From an uncultured delta proteobacterium (GTDB lineage: Bacteria; Myxococcota_A; Polyangia; Polyangiales; Polyangiaceae): a DNA stretch of 64,000 nt. This document shows, piece by piece, positions 38,191-48,723 of this stretch. A program made the translations under genes and the position numbers. The stretch is taken from NCBI GenBank assembly GCA_963806225.1, contig CAWDXG010000001.1:192001-256000 (forward strand). The letters run 5' to 3'. The notes beneath the pieces are model-generated. The model was not told the DNA's origin and did not search any database. It worked only from the letters and a program-made list of their open reading frames with translations. The first letter of the stretch is position 1. Each line of letters opens with the position of its first letter.

Positions 38191-38487
38191 CTAGTCGAAG
38201 CACTTGTCCACGATCTCCTTCGAGGTCTTGGCGTTCTTCACGCACTTCATGGCGCTCTCGGTAATGCGCTTGCCGACGCAGTCCTTCATCGTGGTCTTCT
38301 TCAGCGCCTTCTTGGTGCTCTCCGTCTCGCGCTCGACCGCCTTGGGGTTGTGCGGATACTGCTTTTCGAGCTCCAGCCGGGCGATGCGGGTCACGATTTC
38401 CTCGCACTCGGCCACGCTGGCCGGGTGCCCGCAGCCGGACACCGACAACAGCACCACGGCGACCAGGGCCCAGGAAAACGGTCGCAT
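38191..38487 (-). CDS. Small Cys-containing lipoprotein, paralogous to its neighbour
   Basis: Lipobox VSGC; similar Cys spacing (GCG.P.S.A.C.E...C...C...C). Confidence 0.65.
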   Translation of the reverse strand: MRPFSWALVAVVLLSVSGCGHPASVAECEEIVTRIARLELEKQYPHNPKAVERETESTKKALKKTTMKDCVGKRITESAMKCVKNAKTSKEIVDKCFD

Positions 38488-38622
38488 CGCTGCCGCGGAG
38501 CATTGTGGGATGTGGCGGCGATCGCAATGCCGTTTCGGCACCCGGGGGCGCTTCGCCCCGCCCGAACTACGGGGAAAGCCGAAATCTGGACGTACGTACA
38601 GGTGCTGCTACCCTTTCAAGGG

Positions 38623-39381
38623 ATGTCCCGAACGCGCGGCAGCGCGGCGGAACCGGCCACGCCGGAGATCCTGCTCAGAAAAGCCACGCTGGCGCGATCT
38701 GCCGGCCTCAGGGCCAAGTACGCCCGGCGGGGTCTCGAGCAGCGCGGCAAGCTCGACCGCACGACCCGCGCCATGCTGCTCCGCCAGTTGTATCTGTCGC
38801 ACATGGAGGGCCGTCGTTTCGAAGACGCGCTCCAGGTGGCCGACGAAATCGTGACCCTGGACGTGATGCCCGATGTGGCGCGCCAGGACGCCGCGCGCGC
38901 CTGCCTCGGGCTCGGCGATCGCGAGCGCGCCATCGAACACCTCAGGCTGGCGAGCCGCGCCGGGCCCGCGTCGCGCCGGGCCTTCCACCTGTGGACCCTC
39001 GGCAGCGTGCAGTATCTCGCGGGGCGGCCGCGCGAGGCGATCGGGGCGCTGTCCCGTGCGTCGCGCTGGGGCACGACCGACCGACCACTCTACCAGGCCC
39101 AGCTCGCGCTCGCGCGCATCGCCTGCGGCGATCCCGGCGGCGATCTGGGCACGCTCAGGGAGCGGCTTGCCGAGGCACCCTGCGGACAGGGATACGGGCA
39201 GTTCGTGCTCGGCGAGCTGGCGTATCACGACGGCGACTTCCGGGCGGCGCGCGAGTATCTGCGAGCGTTCGTGAAGCGTTCGACGAGCGGTAGGGTCGCG
39301 CTGGCGGTCGCGTTGGAAGCGGAAATATCCCGTGCGCGCGAGCTGTTGTCACACCTGGGCCGCCAGCGCTCGAAGTCCTAG
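38623..39381 (+). CDS. TPR-repeat protein
   Basis: Helical A..LG..A..YL repeats; GC3-rich frame. Confidence 0.65.
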   Translation: MSRTRGSAAEPATPEILLRKATLARSAGLRAKYARRGLEQRGKLDRTTRAMLLRQLYLSHMEGRRFEDALQVADEIVTLDVMPDVARQDAARACLGLGDRERAIEHLRLASRAGPASRRAFHLWTLGSVQYLAGRPREAIGALSRASRWGTTDRPLYQAQLALARIACGDPGGDLGTLRERLAEAPCGQGYGQFVLGELAYHDGDFRAAREYLRAFVKRSTSGRVALAVALEAEISRARELLSHLGRQRSKS

Positions 39382-39575
39382 CAGGCGCTGCAATACAGCA
39401 GCGCCCAATCATTACGTGCAGACTGCACGACTCCTGCACTTTCGGGTCGACGCGCAGGTACCTAGATTGTAACCGGAAGCTACCGGGCACCGAATATGAC
39501 AATAGACTTCCACGTGCGGTTTTGAAGGTGACGGGCGCGCAGGTGGATCCAGATGTCATGATAGGCACGCAGACG

Positions 39576-40922
39576 ATGAAGACCTCCTCTCCTTTCTCCA
39601 ACCGTGCGGGCAACGCCGCCGCGCGGCGCCTCCTGTCCTTTTCACTTCTGCTGGGGCTCTTGTCGCTGGCGAGCAGCGCGTTCGCCCAGTCGGCAGAGCC
39701 CGACGCATTCACGCGAGCGCTCTCCAAGGGCCCGCTGTACGCAGGGCTCGCGGCGCTGGCGGGTGGGCTCCTGGTCAGCCTCACGCCCTGCGTCTATCCG
39801 ATGGTCGCCGTCACGGTGAGCGTGTTCGGAGCCAAGCAGGTGAAGAGCCGCCGCCATGGCGCGTTCCTCTCGGCGTTTTTCGTGCTCGGCATCGTCGCGA
39901 TGTTCGTGCCGCTCGGCGTGGTCGCCGGACTGACCGGCAGCATGTTTGGCTCCGTCCTGCAGAACCGCTGGGTCATCACGGCCATCAGCCTGCTGTTCCT
40001 GGTCATGGCGGCGAGCATGTTCGGCGCGTTCGAGTTCGCGCTCCCGTCGTCGCTCACCAACAAGCTGGCGACGGTCGGCGGCATCGGGTTCAAGGGTGCG
40101 TTCGTGCTGGGCCTCGCCTGCGGACTCATCGCGTCGCCCTGCACGGGTCCGGTGCTGACCGGCATCCTGGCGTGGATCGCCAAGACGCAGAGCGCCGTTC
40201 TCGGAGGCGCTGCGATGGGCGCTTTCGCGCTGGGGCTCGGCATGCCGTTCTTCCTGGTCGGCGCATTCGCGGTGCAGCTTCCGAAGAGCGGGCGCTGGAT
40301 GGTGCACGTCAAGTCGCTGCTCGGGATCGTTCTGGTGATCGTCGCGCTGTACTTCCTGAACACGGCGTTCCCGATGCTCGGCCACTACGCGAGCCCGGCG
40401 CCGAAGTTCCTCGGCATCACGGCGGCCATCATCGTCCTGGGTCTGCTGCTCGGTGCCGTGCATCGCTCCTTCGACGAGCCGGGCAAGGGCGTGAAGCTGG
40501 CCAAGGGGACTGGCATTGCGCTCACGAGCGTGGCCGGGTTCCTGCTGGTGGTCGGCGCAACCAAGCCGGCCCGCACGCTGTCGTGGGAGAAGACCGACCT
40601 TGCGCACGCGCGGGCGAAGGCACGCGCGGAACATCGGCCTCTACTCGTCGATTTTGGCGCTTCCTGGTGCGGCGCCTGCAAGGAGCTGTCGAAGAAGACC
40701 TTCTCGCATCCGGATGTGGAGCGCGAGGCGGGGCGCTTCGTTGCCGTGCAGGTGGACGCGACCAACGCCGACGATCCGAAGGTCGAGGCGACGATGACGA
40801 AGTACAAGGTGCGCGGCCTGCCGACGGTTCTGGTCTTCGACTCCAGCGGCAAGGAAGCCATCCGCTACAACGACTTCGTCACGCCGGCGCGCTTCCTGAA
40901 GGCGATCAAGCAGGTGAACTGA
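39576..40922 (+). CDS. dsbD: DsbD/CcdA-type disulfide reductase with a C-terminal thioredoxin domain
   Basis: SLTPCVYPM and ASPCTGP TM cysteines; LPKSG.WM; DFGASWCGACK. Confidence 0.88.
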   Translation: MKTSSPFSNRAGNAAARRLLSFSLLLGLLSLASSAFAQSAEPDAFTRALSKGPLYAGLAALAGGLLVSLTPCVYPMVAVTVSVFGAKQVKSRRHGAFLSAFFVLGIVAMFVPLGVVAGLTGSMFGSVLQNRWVITAISLLFLVMAASMFGAFEFALPSSLTNKLATVGGIGFKGAFVLGLACGLIASPCTGPVLTGILAWIAKTQSAVLGGAAMGAFALGLGMPFFLVGAFAVQLPKSGRWMVHVKSLLGIVLVIVALYFLNTAFPMLGHYASPAPKFLGITAAIIVLGLLLGAVHRSFDEPGKGVKLAKGTGIALTSVAGFLLVVGATKPARTLSWEKTDLAHARAKARAEHRPLLVDFGASWCGACKELSKKTFSHPDVEREAGRFVAVQVDATNADDPKVEATMTKYKVRGLPTVLVFDSSGKEAIRYNDFVTPARFLKAIKQVN

Positions 40923-40973
40923 ACCGCAGAGCCGTAGCTGTGCGGTCCAGTCCGGGCGGCCCGGTTCCGGCGT

Positions 40974-41906
40974 TCAGGGCTCGAAGTCCGACGGAGGCGG
41001 CGACTCCGGCTTCTTCGGCGGCGGCTTGGTCGCCGCGGGAGGAGCGCCGCCGTGGTGCGGAGGCGGATGCCAGTGCGGCGTCTTCTTCTTCTCTTCTTCC
41101 TTCGCCTCCCCCGTTTCGGCGGGTTCCGCCGGTGCCTTGAACTGGCCGTGGTCGGTGGTGATGGCGTCGGTGAGGCGCTTCGCCGTGTCCCCCGCCGTGT
41201 CGGTCACCTGATCGGCGCGGGCGACCATCAGCGTGATCATGCTGTCCGCGTCCTTCAGGTTCTTCTTCACCTCGGCCTTCTTGCTCAGCCCGCCCTTGCG
41301 GAAGACGGTGTCGATATTGGCGTTCAGGGGGATTGCCTGCGCGCGCAGTTGATCGAGCAGCCTGCGGCTCTTCTTCATCTGCGCCGCCAGCTTCGTCTCG
41401 TGCTCGATGGCGTCCTTCACCGCGTCCGCGAAGGTCTTCGCGTCGCCGGCGAGCTTGCCGCCGCTGACCTCGAGCTTGGGCGACTCCTCGTCGTCGTCTT
41501 CGGGAACCGTGACCTTCAGACCGACGCCGCGCTTCTCGAGCTTCTCCGCTTCCTTCTTGACCTTGCGCGCGAGCATCGAGGCCGAAGCGTCCGCGTCGAT
41601 ACCGAGCGTCTTGGCAAGCTTGGTCCGGATCGCCTTCTCGGAGTCCGGCGCCTTTGCCATCTCGACCTGGAGGTCGTAGAGCTGGGAGAAGTACTGGTCG
41701 TAGTCGGGGTTGCCGGCGACGTACTTGTGCCCCTGGCCGACGGACGAGGGACCGGGGCTCCCGAACAGGAAACAGCCCGGCTGGGTTGCCAGCACGACCA
41801 GCGTTGCCGGAGCGGCGGCGGTCGCTAGCAGCGTCGCCGCAGTCGACGCGCCCCGGCGCAGTCGGTGTTTGAGGGTTGTGCGATTGTTGCGAGTGTTCAC
41901 GGGCAT
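40974..41906 (-). CDS. Hypothetical lipoprotein, helical and Lys-rich
   Basis: Signal-like segment ending QPGC; ends SDFEP. Confidence 0.6.
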   Translation of the reverse strand: MPVNTRNNRTTLKHRLRRGASTAATLLATAAAPATLVVLATQPGCFLFGSPGPSSVGQGHKYVAGNPDYDQYFSQLYDLQVEMAKAPDSEKAIRTKLAKTLGIDADASASMLARKVKKEAEKLEKRGVGLKVTVPEDDDEESPKLEVSGGKLAGDAKTFADAVKDAIEHETKLAAQMKKSRRLLDQLRAQAIPLNANIDTVFRKGGLSKKAEVKKNLKDADSMITLMVARADQVTDTAGDTAKRLTDAITTDHGQFKAPAEPAETGEAKEEEKKKTPHWHPPPHHGGAPPAATKPPPKKPESPPPSDFEP

Positions 41907-44053
41907 GACAGGGCTGCTCCCCAGAGCTCGAGTCGTCTTCCCTGGGTGATCAGGAAGAGCGAGATGGCCTTTCCGCCCCGCACCCATACTACGCCCTGGC
42001 CCGCGTTGGCTTCCTTTGGTGACACTGTAATCGGCGGCCCGGCCGGTGCGAGATCGGCGCCGAGGGGCTGCACGCGCACTTCGTGATGCCCTCTGGAGCC
42101 CTCGGTCCACTGCAGCAGCCAGTGATCGTCACCAAGACCGGCCGCGGCGGGCGAGATGGCCTCGTCGCCCGGACCCCCGGCGGGGATGGCGAAATCCTGC
42201 GATCCGCTCGGCGCCTCGCCGTTCGGCGCCGCGGCCAGTCGCACGCCCCACTCGGCCTGGCGATCGTCGCGGGAGGCGAAGACCACGAGGATGCTCTTCT
42301 TGTTGGCCGCCACCATCGGCGTGCCCAGGAAACGGCCGCCGCTCACCGGGGACAGCGCACTCTTCCGCGCGCCATCCGGGCCCAGCCAGCCGACCAGCAC
42401 CTGCCCGGACTGCCCGCCGCGCCGGAACGCGACAGCGTGCTCGCCGGCGGGTGTCGTGGCGACGCGGATCTCGGTCATGTGTTCGCCTGTGCCACCGGGC
42501 CATAGCACCTGCGGTTGGCCGCTTCCGACCACCCGCGCCAAGCCCGTGTCCGACATGCCCAGCATGAAGGGCGGCTTGGCGTCTACCGTGCGCGCGAAGC
42601 CGAGCGGCCCATCGCTGCGGGTCACGGCGAAGCCAATCTTGCCCGAGGCGGTTGTCGGCACGACGCCAAGAAGCGGGCTGTGGCCGTTGCGGGCGAAGGC
42701 GCGGGCCACCGACAGGGTGGTGGGACCCACGAGCAGCCCGAGCGCGCTCGTGCGGCTGGCTGCGACGCCGACCGCCACGCGCGAGCCATCCGGCGTGGAC
42801 GCGATGTACGGCGGAATACTGCGCAGGATGGAGCTGGCCAGGCGGTGGGCGGGCAGGGTGAGCGTGCACGCCTGGCGGGGGCTCGCCGAGGCCGTCGCGC
42901 TTGCTCCGACGCTGCCGGCCGTGCGCAGCGGGTTCAGCTTGTTGCTCCTCGTGGCGAGCAGCACCACGACGATGACACCCAGTACGAGAGCGAGCGCGCC
43001 GAGCCCGACCAGGGCAACGGGGAACCGCGCGCCTCCAGCTGGCGTGGCGGGTGCGGGGGTCGGCGCTGCCGCCGGCGCCGGGGCGGTGACGGGAGGACCG
43101 GGGCTCGCGTTGGGCTCCGAGGCGGCGTCGAGCTCTGCGCTCCAGGAGGGCAGAGCCTCGGGCGGGACGAGCGGCGCCGTCGCGGCCCGGGGTCCGGTCG
43201 GCAGCTCGGAGGGCGGAGCGACGGGCCCCGCCTTGTCGGCGGACCCCGCGGCTTTCGCGAGACCTACAGGGGCTTCGGCCGACTCCTGCGTGCGAGCCAG
43301 ATCCTCGACCTTGGGCGCGGGCTCCGCCTTCGGCTGCTCGGTTTCGGCTTGCGGTGCCGCGTTCGCTCCCGGAGCGACTCCAGGCCCGGTCTCCGCTTCC
43401 GCTTCTGCCTCGACTTCCCGGATCGCGATTTCCGGAATCGGCGTGTCAATCGGCGAGGCGGCGCGCTTCGGCTCTTCCGGAATCGAGGAGATGCGGGGTC
43501 GCATCGGCACGCCGCGCGGCGGCGGAGGAACTGCGCCGGGCGGCCGCAGCGTCATCGAGGACGGCGCGACGGGCTGCTCGATGAGCGTCGGCATCGGCCT
43601 TCGAGCCGGCGGAGGAGGTGGCGGTGGGGGCGTGCCCGCGGCCTTCCCCATCAGCGAAGCTGCGGCCGACACACCACGGCCCGCGCTGGAACCGGCGGCC
43701 GGTGGCGGCGGAGGAACCGTGGCTGGGCTCGGGGGCCTGCGGGAGCCGAGCAGTTGGGAGGCGGCTTGGCGGGTGCGGTATCGCTCGTACTTCTCGAGCG
43801 GCGGTGGAGGCGCCTCGGTGCGGGCCTCGTCGACCTCCGGTTCAACCGGGGCCTCGCGGTGCTCGCTGGGCACTGCCGAGGAGAGCTCGGCGACCTGACA
43901 CGCCGGCAGCCACTGGGCCCAGCCCGCCCGCCACACCAGCGTGTAGGCCGGCAGCGCACCGGTCGACAGCGAGGAGACCAACTCCCACTCGTCGATGGGC
44001 TTCTGCGCGCCGTCAACGTCGACCCAGCGCCAGTCCTCGGCCTCGTCGCTCAA
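41897..44053 (-). CDS. GYF_2-like domain, Pro-rich, single-TM protein
   Basis: W.WVD.DG.Q...EL...L..G.L...TLVWRAGWAQWLPA..V.EL; TM segment; beta-rich C-terminal domain. Confidence 0.7.
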   Translation of the reverse strand: MSDEAEDWRWVDVDGAQKPIDEWELVSSLSTGALPAYTLVWRAGWAQWLPACQVAELSSAVPSEHREAPVEPEVDEARTEAPPPPLEKYERYRTRQAASQLLGSRRPPSPATVPPPPPAAGSSAGRGVSAAASLMGKAAGTPPPPPPPPARRPMPTLIEQPVAPSSMTLRPPGAVPPPPRGVPMRPRISSIPEEPKRAASPIDTPIPEIAIREVEAEAEAETGPGVAPGANAAPQAETEQPKAEPAPKVEDLARTQESAEAPVGLAKAAGSADKAGPVAPPSELPTGPRAATAPLVPPEALPSWSAELDAASEPNASPGPPVTAPAPAAAPTPAPATPAGGARFPVALVGLGALALVLGVIVVVLLATRSNKLNPLRTAGSVGASATASASPRQACTLTLPAHRLASSILRSIPPYIASTPDGSRVAVGVAASRTSALGLLVGPTTLSVARAFARNGHSPLLGVVPTTASGKIGFAVTRSDGPLGFARTVDAKPPFMLGMSDTGLARVVGSGQPQVLWPGGTGEHMTEIRVATTPAGEHAVAFRRGGQSGQVLVGWLGPDGARKSALSPVSGGRFLGTPMVAANKKSILVVFASRDDRQAEWGVRLAAAPNGEAPSGSQDFAIPAGGPGDEAISPAAAGLGDDHWLLQWTEGSRGHHEVRVQPLGADLAPAGPPITVSPKEANAGQGVVWVRGGKAISLFLITQGRRLELWGAALSCP

Positions 44054-44158
44054 CGGTTGCTCTCCATGGCGAGGGGCAGGTTGCCCCGCTCGCTCTTCGC
44101 ATTTCGAGCAGAATTCGGCAATCGCCGCCTGAGCCCTGCTGGTTCGCCGGACCGCTTG

Positions 44159-44833
44159 TCAGCGCCCCGCCCGGCCCGCCTGTGCGAGCGCCACGACTCC
44201 TGCCACGCGGGCGCCCTGGGCCGAGAGCGACTGGATGCACGCGATGACCGTGGCCCCGGTGGTGACGACATCGTCGACCAGCACGACGTGCCGCCCGGCG
44301 AGGGCCCGCACGTCCCGTACGGCGAATGCGTCCGCGACGTTGCTCCAGCGCTGCTCCCGCGTTCGACCGACCTGGTGATCCGTGGCGCGGAGCCTCTGCA
44401 GGGCGAGCGGCGCGAATCCGAGGCCGTGACGGTGCGCGAGCTGCCTTGCCAGCAGCGCCGACTGGTTGTACCCGCGCTCGGCGAGCCGGCGTGGGTGCAG
44501 CGGAACGGGAACGAGCACGCTGCCGGGCTCTGGATGGAGGCGCCCGAGCGCGGCGTCGGCCAGCGCAGCAAGCTGCGCCGCGAGATCCGGACGGGCGCCG
44601 TATTTGAAACGCTGGACCGCGTCCGCCAGCGGCCCCGCATAGGGCACCGCGGCGACTGCTGGAATGCCGTCGAGCAACAGCCCGGGAGGAGGAGACAGAT
44701 CCGCGTGCGCGCTGCAGGCTGCACACAGCACACTTCCGGGCGCCACGTCCCGGTCGCACGCCACGCACGCGCGGGGTGCGAGCAGATCGAGCAGACGGGA
44801 CAGCAGTCGCCGGAATGCGGCAGAGCGCGGCAT
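44159..44833 (-). CDS. comF: ComF-family phosphoribosyltransferase
   Basis: CVAC..LCAAC zinc ribbon, PVPLH..R..RGYNQS, VLVDDVVTTGAT. Confidence 0.92.
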   Translation of the reverse strand: MPRSAAFRRLLSRLLDLLAPRACVACDRDVAPGSVLCAACSAHADLSPPPGLLLDGIPAVAAVPYAGPLADAVQRFKYGARPDLAAQLAALADAALGRLHPEPGSVLVPVPLHPRRLAERGYNQSALLARQLAHRHGLGFAPLALQRLRATDHQVGRTREQRWSNVADAFAVRDVRALAGRHVVLVDDVVTTGATVIACIQSLSAQGARVAGVVALAQAGRAGR

Positions 44834-44917
44834 GCCGACCTGCTCGGTGCGGCGCGCCGGCCGGTTGTCACTGGCGTGGCGCGTGCGGGCGCTTCGCGCC
44901 CCGTGGAGCCAACGGAC

Positions 44918-45277
44918 TCAGCTCCCATCGCTTCCCGCGTCCTTCCCGCCCGCGCCGCATGCCAGGGCGGGGCTCCTGCCGACTTCGCGGTAGTGCGAAA
45001 ACGCGCAGGTCCCCCAGCCGTACTCGCAGCTAACCGTGCACGACCCCTGGCACCGCTTCCACTTGTCGTAGGCGCTCGTGAGCGCCTTGTCGCACGCCTG
45101 CGCGTCCTGCGAATCGATGATGCTGCTGTAGTCCAGCTGGCACAGCGGAAAGCAGTGGCAGCTGAAGTCCTGCAGTCTTTGGCAGGCGGGGTCGCTTGTG
45201 CTCGCTTCGCAGCCACTAGCGAGCACGACCACCAGCAGAGCGCCAAGCAGAGCAGCAAGAAGACCGCGACAGCTCAC
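44918..45277 (-). CDS. Small Cys-rich lipoprotein
   Basis: Lipobox ASGC followed by many Cys. Confidence 0.6.
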   Translation of the reverse strand: MSCRGLLAALLGALLVVVLASGCEASTSDPACQRLQDFSCHCFPLCQLDYSSIIDSQDAQACDKALTSAYDKWKRCQGSCTVSCEYGWGTCAFSHYREVGRSPALACGAGGKDAGSDGS

Positions 45278-45334
45278 CCCCGCACTCTACACCGTCAGGG
45301 TCCCGGCGCGCTCGCCCGTGGCCGGCGGGGTTTT

Positions 45335-46138
45335 CTAGAATTCCAGTCGGGCGCGGAACCCGAGACCGGCGGATGCCCGGGGCGCGGGCGGCGGAACAGG
45401 GCCCGGCCGCTCCTTGATGCTGGTGCGCGAGACCAGGTACATCGTCAGGCCGCCTACGACCAGGGCTCCGCCCGCCGCGTACATCGGGATGACGAGCTTG
45501 GGCTTGTCGATACCCGCGGGTGCGTCGCTGCCGCTGATCAGGATCACCGTGGCAGCCAACACGGACAGGACGCCGACGCCGAGCGTCAGGGTGCCCACGC
45601 CGCCGAGGCCCGACGAACCGGGACTCACGTCGAGCACGGCTGGCTGGGTCCCGACGCGCAGCAGATGGTCGGCCCGGCTCACGTCGTCGTTCTCGACGGC
45701 CACGATGTAGGCGCCGGGGGGCAGCTCCAGGGTGATCGGTGCGGTGCCGACCCGCTTGAACTCGTAGTCCGGCGGCGCGCTGCCGTCCGGCAGAGCGCGC
45801 CCGACGTACACCTTGGCCAGCTTCGAGGTTTCCACGGTGACGCGCGTACCGGGGCCGAAGGGTTGGAGATTGGCGGCGGCGCCGTTGACGATCGGGGGCT
45901 GGGAGGGGGGCGCTGTGCTCGCAGCGGGAGCCGGCGCTGTGCTCGCAGCGGGAGCCGGCGCTGTGCTCGCAGCGGGAGCCGGCGCTGTGCTCGCAGCGGG
46001 AGCCGGCGCTGTGCTCGCAGCGGGAGCCGGCGCTGTGCTCGCGGTCGGCGGATCGGCAAGGGCCGGCGTTGCGGGTATCGAAAGCATCGCCGACAGCAGC
46101 AGCGCTGAGGTCGCCGCGCGGGGACGGCGTCGGGTCAA
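45335..46138 (-). CDS. PEGA-like secreted/membrane protein with ASTAPAPA repeats
   Basis: Signal peptide, VGTAPITLELPPGAY PEGA-like motif, hydrophobic hairpin, ends FRARLEF. Confidence 0.65.
   Translation of the reverse strand: MTRRRPRAATSALLLSAMLSIPATPALADPPTASTAPAPAASTAPAPAASTAPAPAASTAPAPAASTAPAPAASTAPPSQPPIVNGAAANLQPFGPGTRVTVETSKLAKVYVGRALPDGSAPPDYEFKRVGTAPITLELPPGAYIVAVENDDVSRADHLLRVGTQPAVLDVSPGSSGLGGVGTLTLGVGVLSVLAATVILISGSDAPAGIDKPKLVIPMYAAGGALVVGGLTMYLVSRTSIKERPGPVPPPAPRASAGLGFRARLEF
45911..46042. repeat. Perfect 24-bp VNTR, 5.5 copies
   Basis: CGCTGTGCTCGCAGCGGGAGCCGG x5 plus 12 bp. Confidence 0.95.
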
Positions 46139-46533
46139 CCGACGCCCAGCAGCTTGTTCATCGACAGCTCGTCCGCTGGCGTGAACGGATACTGATCGAA
46201 CTCCGCGCTGGAAACCCATTTGAAGGCGTTGACGTTCTGTTCGGTGGGCTGCCCGCCGGTCAGACGGCATTCGTATAGGTACAGATCGACGACGTAACGT
46301 TCATACGGGTGGCTGACGAAGCTGATCAACTGCCCTGGATCCACCGCCACGCCGAGCCGATGCTTGACCTCGCGCTGCAACGCGTCGCCGTCGGTTTCGC
46401 CGTCCTCGACGCGCCCGCCCGGGAACTCCCACAAAAGCGGCAGCACGGCTGCCGGTCGCCGCTGCGTGATGAGATACCGCCCGTCGCGCTCGATCACGGC
46501 AGCGACGACGCGGATGGTGCGGGGCGAGGTCAT
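46135..46533 (-). CDS. MutT-like NUDIX hydrolase
   Basis: RVVAAVI...LITQR...WEFPGGRVEDGET...LQREV. Confidence 0.88.
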   Translation of the reverse strand: MTSPRTIRVVAAVIERDGRYLITQRRPAAVLPLLWEFPGGRVEDGETDGDALQREVKHRLGVAVDPGQLISFVSHPYERYVVDLYLYECRLTGGQPTEQNVNAFKWVSSAEFDQYPFTPADELSMNKLLGVG

Positions 46534-46552
46534 ACGGGCGGAGCCGCGACTC

Positions 46553-47581
<1,029 letters not shown>

Positions 47582-47723
47582 GGATGGCCTCCTGGGCGCC
47601 CCGCGCGGCCAAACGTCTGCCCGCGCCAGCGAAAAATTCCCTCGGTAAGCGCGCGATTATCCACGGCTCCCGTCAAGGGTCAAGGATAGCGGTTAGAGCC
47701 TCGACCCGGGTCAAGATGATCGC

Positions 47724-48332
47724 TCAGGATGCGAGATAGGCCAAGGCCTTGCGCAGCAGCTCGGTGAGCGAAAGTTCTGCGATATTCTCGGCTCCCAGTG
47801 CCTTGATCGCCTTGTCGGCCTCGGCGGGCCGGTAGCCCATGTTGGTCAGCGCGGCCGCCAGTTGCTGGGCCGTGTCCCGGGCACCCCGGGGCGCCGAGCC
47901 CGGCTGATCCGCGTGGGCTACCCGCGGCAGCTTCTCCTTGAGCTCGAGCACCAGGCGCTCGGCGCTCTTCTTTCCGATACCTGGGATCTTGTTCAGGCGA
48001 GGCAGATCGCCCGCGTGCACCGCGCGGGAGAGCTCCGGCGGCGGCAGCGCGCTCAGCACGTTGAGAGCGGTCTTCGGTCCCACGTTCGGGACGCCAAGCA
48101 GCAGCCGGAACACGCCCCGCTCCACTTGCGACGCGAACCCGAACAGCTCGAGCGAATCCTCCCTGACGTGCGTGTGCACGAACAGCACGACGCTGTCGCC
48201 GCTTCCGCCCGCTTGCGCGCGACCCACCGCGCCGATCGGTGTGGCCACTTCGTAGCCCACGCCGTTCACGTCGAGCACGATGCTCCCGTCCGGCTCTTCA
48301 ACGACGATCCTTCCCGCGAGGCGCCCGATCAT
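47724..48332 (-). CDS. ruvA: Holliday junction branch migration protein RuvA
   Basis: MIGRL.G, DVNGVGYEV, HVRED..LFGF, VGPKTAL, IPGIGKKSAERLVLELK. Confidence 0.95.
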   Translation of the reverse strand: MIGRLAGRIVVEEPDGSIVLDVNGVGYEVATPIGAVGRAQAGGSGDSVVLFVHTHVREDSLELFGFASQVERGVFRLLLGVPNVGPKTALNVLSALPPPELSRAVHAGDLPRLNKIPGIGKKSAERLVLELKEKLPRVAHADQPGSAPRGARDTAQQLAAALTNMGYRPAEADKAIKALGAENIAELSLTELLRKALAYLAS

Positions 48333-48435
48333 GTGTGGGTCGGGAGCGTAGCGCTAGTCGCTGCCGGTGCCTCGCGGTTTGTGTCCTGGGGGTGGCCTGC
48401 TTCCGCCGGGCACCCTCGCGTGCTAGCCGAACGCC

Positions 48436-48723
48436 ATGCAGTCTGGACACGACACCTGCCGGCTTCCGGCTTCCAGCACCCGAGCGTGCCTCTTCTGCGC
48501 GGTTGTCCTGATGATGTCGGCGGGTTGCGGCGGATCATCCAGCGAGACGCCGCCGCCGCTCGAGCCTGCGCCCGAGGCGCCGGCCGCGGGCAGCCCCGCG
48601 CCGGCCAAGCATCACGTGGTGCAGCAGGGCGGTCCGGCCGATACGGCAGGGCCCCCGCAGGCGGGAACAGAAAAGGGGGCGCCGGCCGCCACCTGGGGCA
48701 CCGGCGGCGCGCCGGGTCGCTAG
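48436..48723 (+). CDS. Small Pro-rich lipoprotein
   Basis: Lipobox SAGC-GGSSSETPPPLEP; the start codon is uncertain. Confidence 0.45.
   Translation: MQSGHDTCRLPASSTRACLFCAVVLMMSAGCGGSSSETPPPLEPAPEAPAAGSPAPAKHHVVQQGGPADTAGPPQAGTEKGAPAATWGTGGAPGR

Noticed and set aside
45911..46042. Possible CRISPR array
   Set aside because: The units are head-to-tail with no spacers, lie in frame within a gene, and no cas genes are present.
42515..46108. 1197-aa plus-strand ORF
   Set aside because: Arg/Gly-rich shadow of several well-supported minus-strand genes (GYF protein, comF, PEGA-like).
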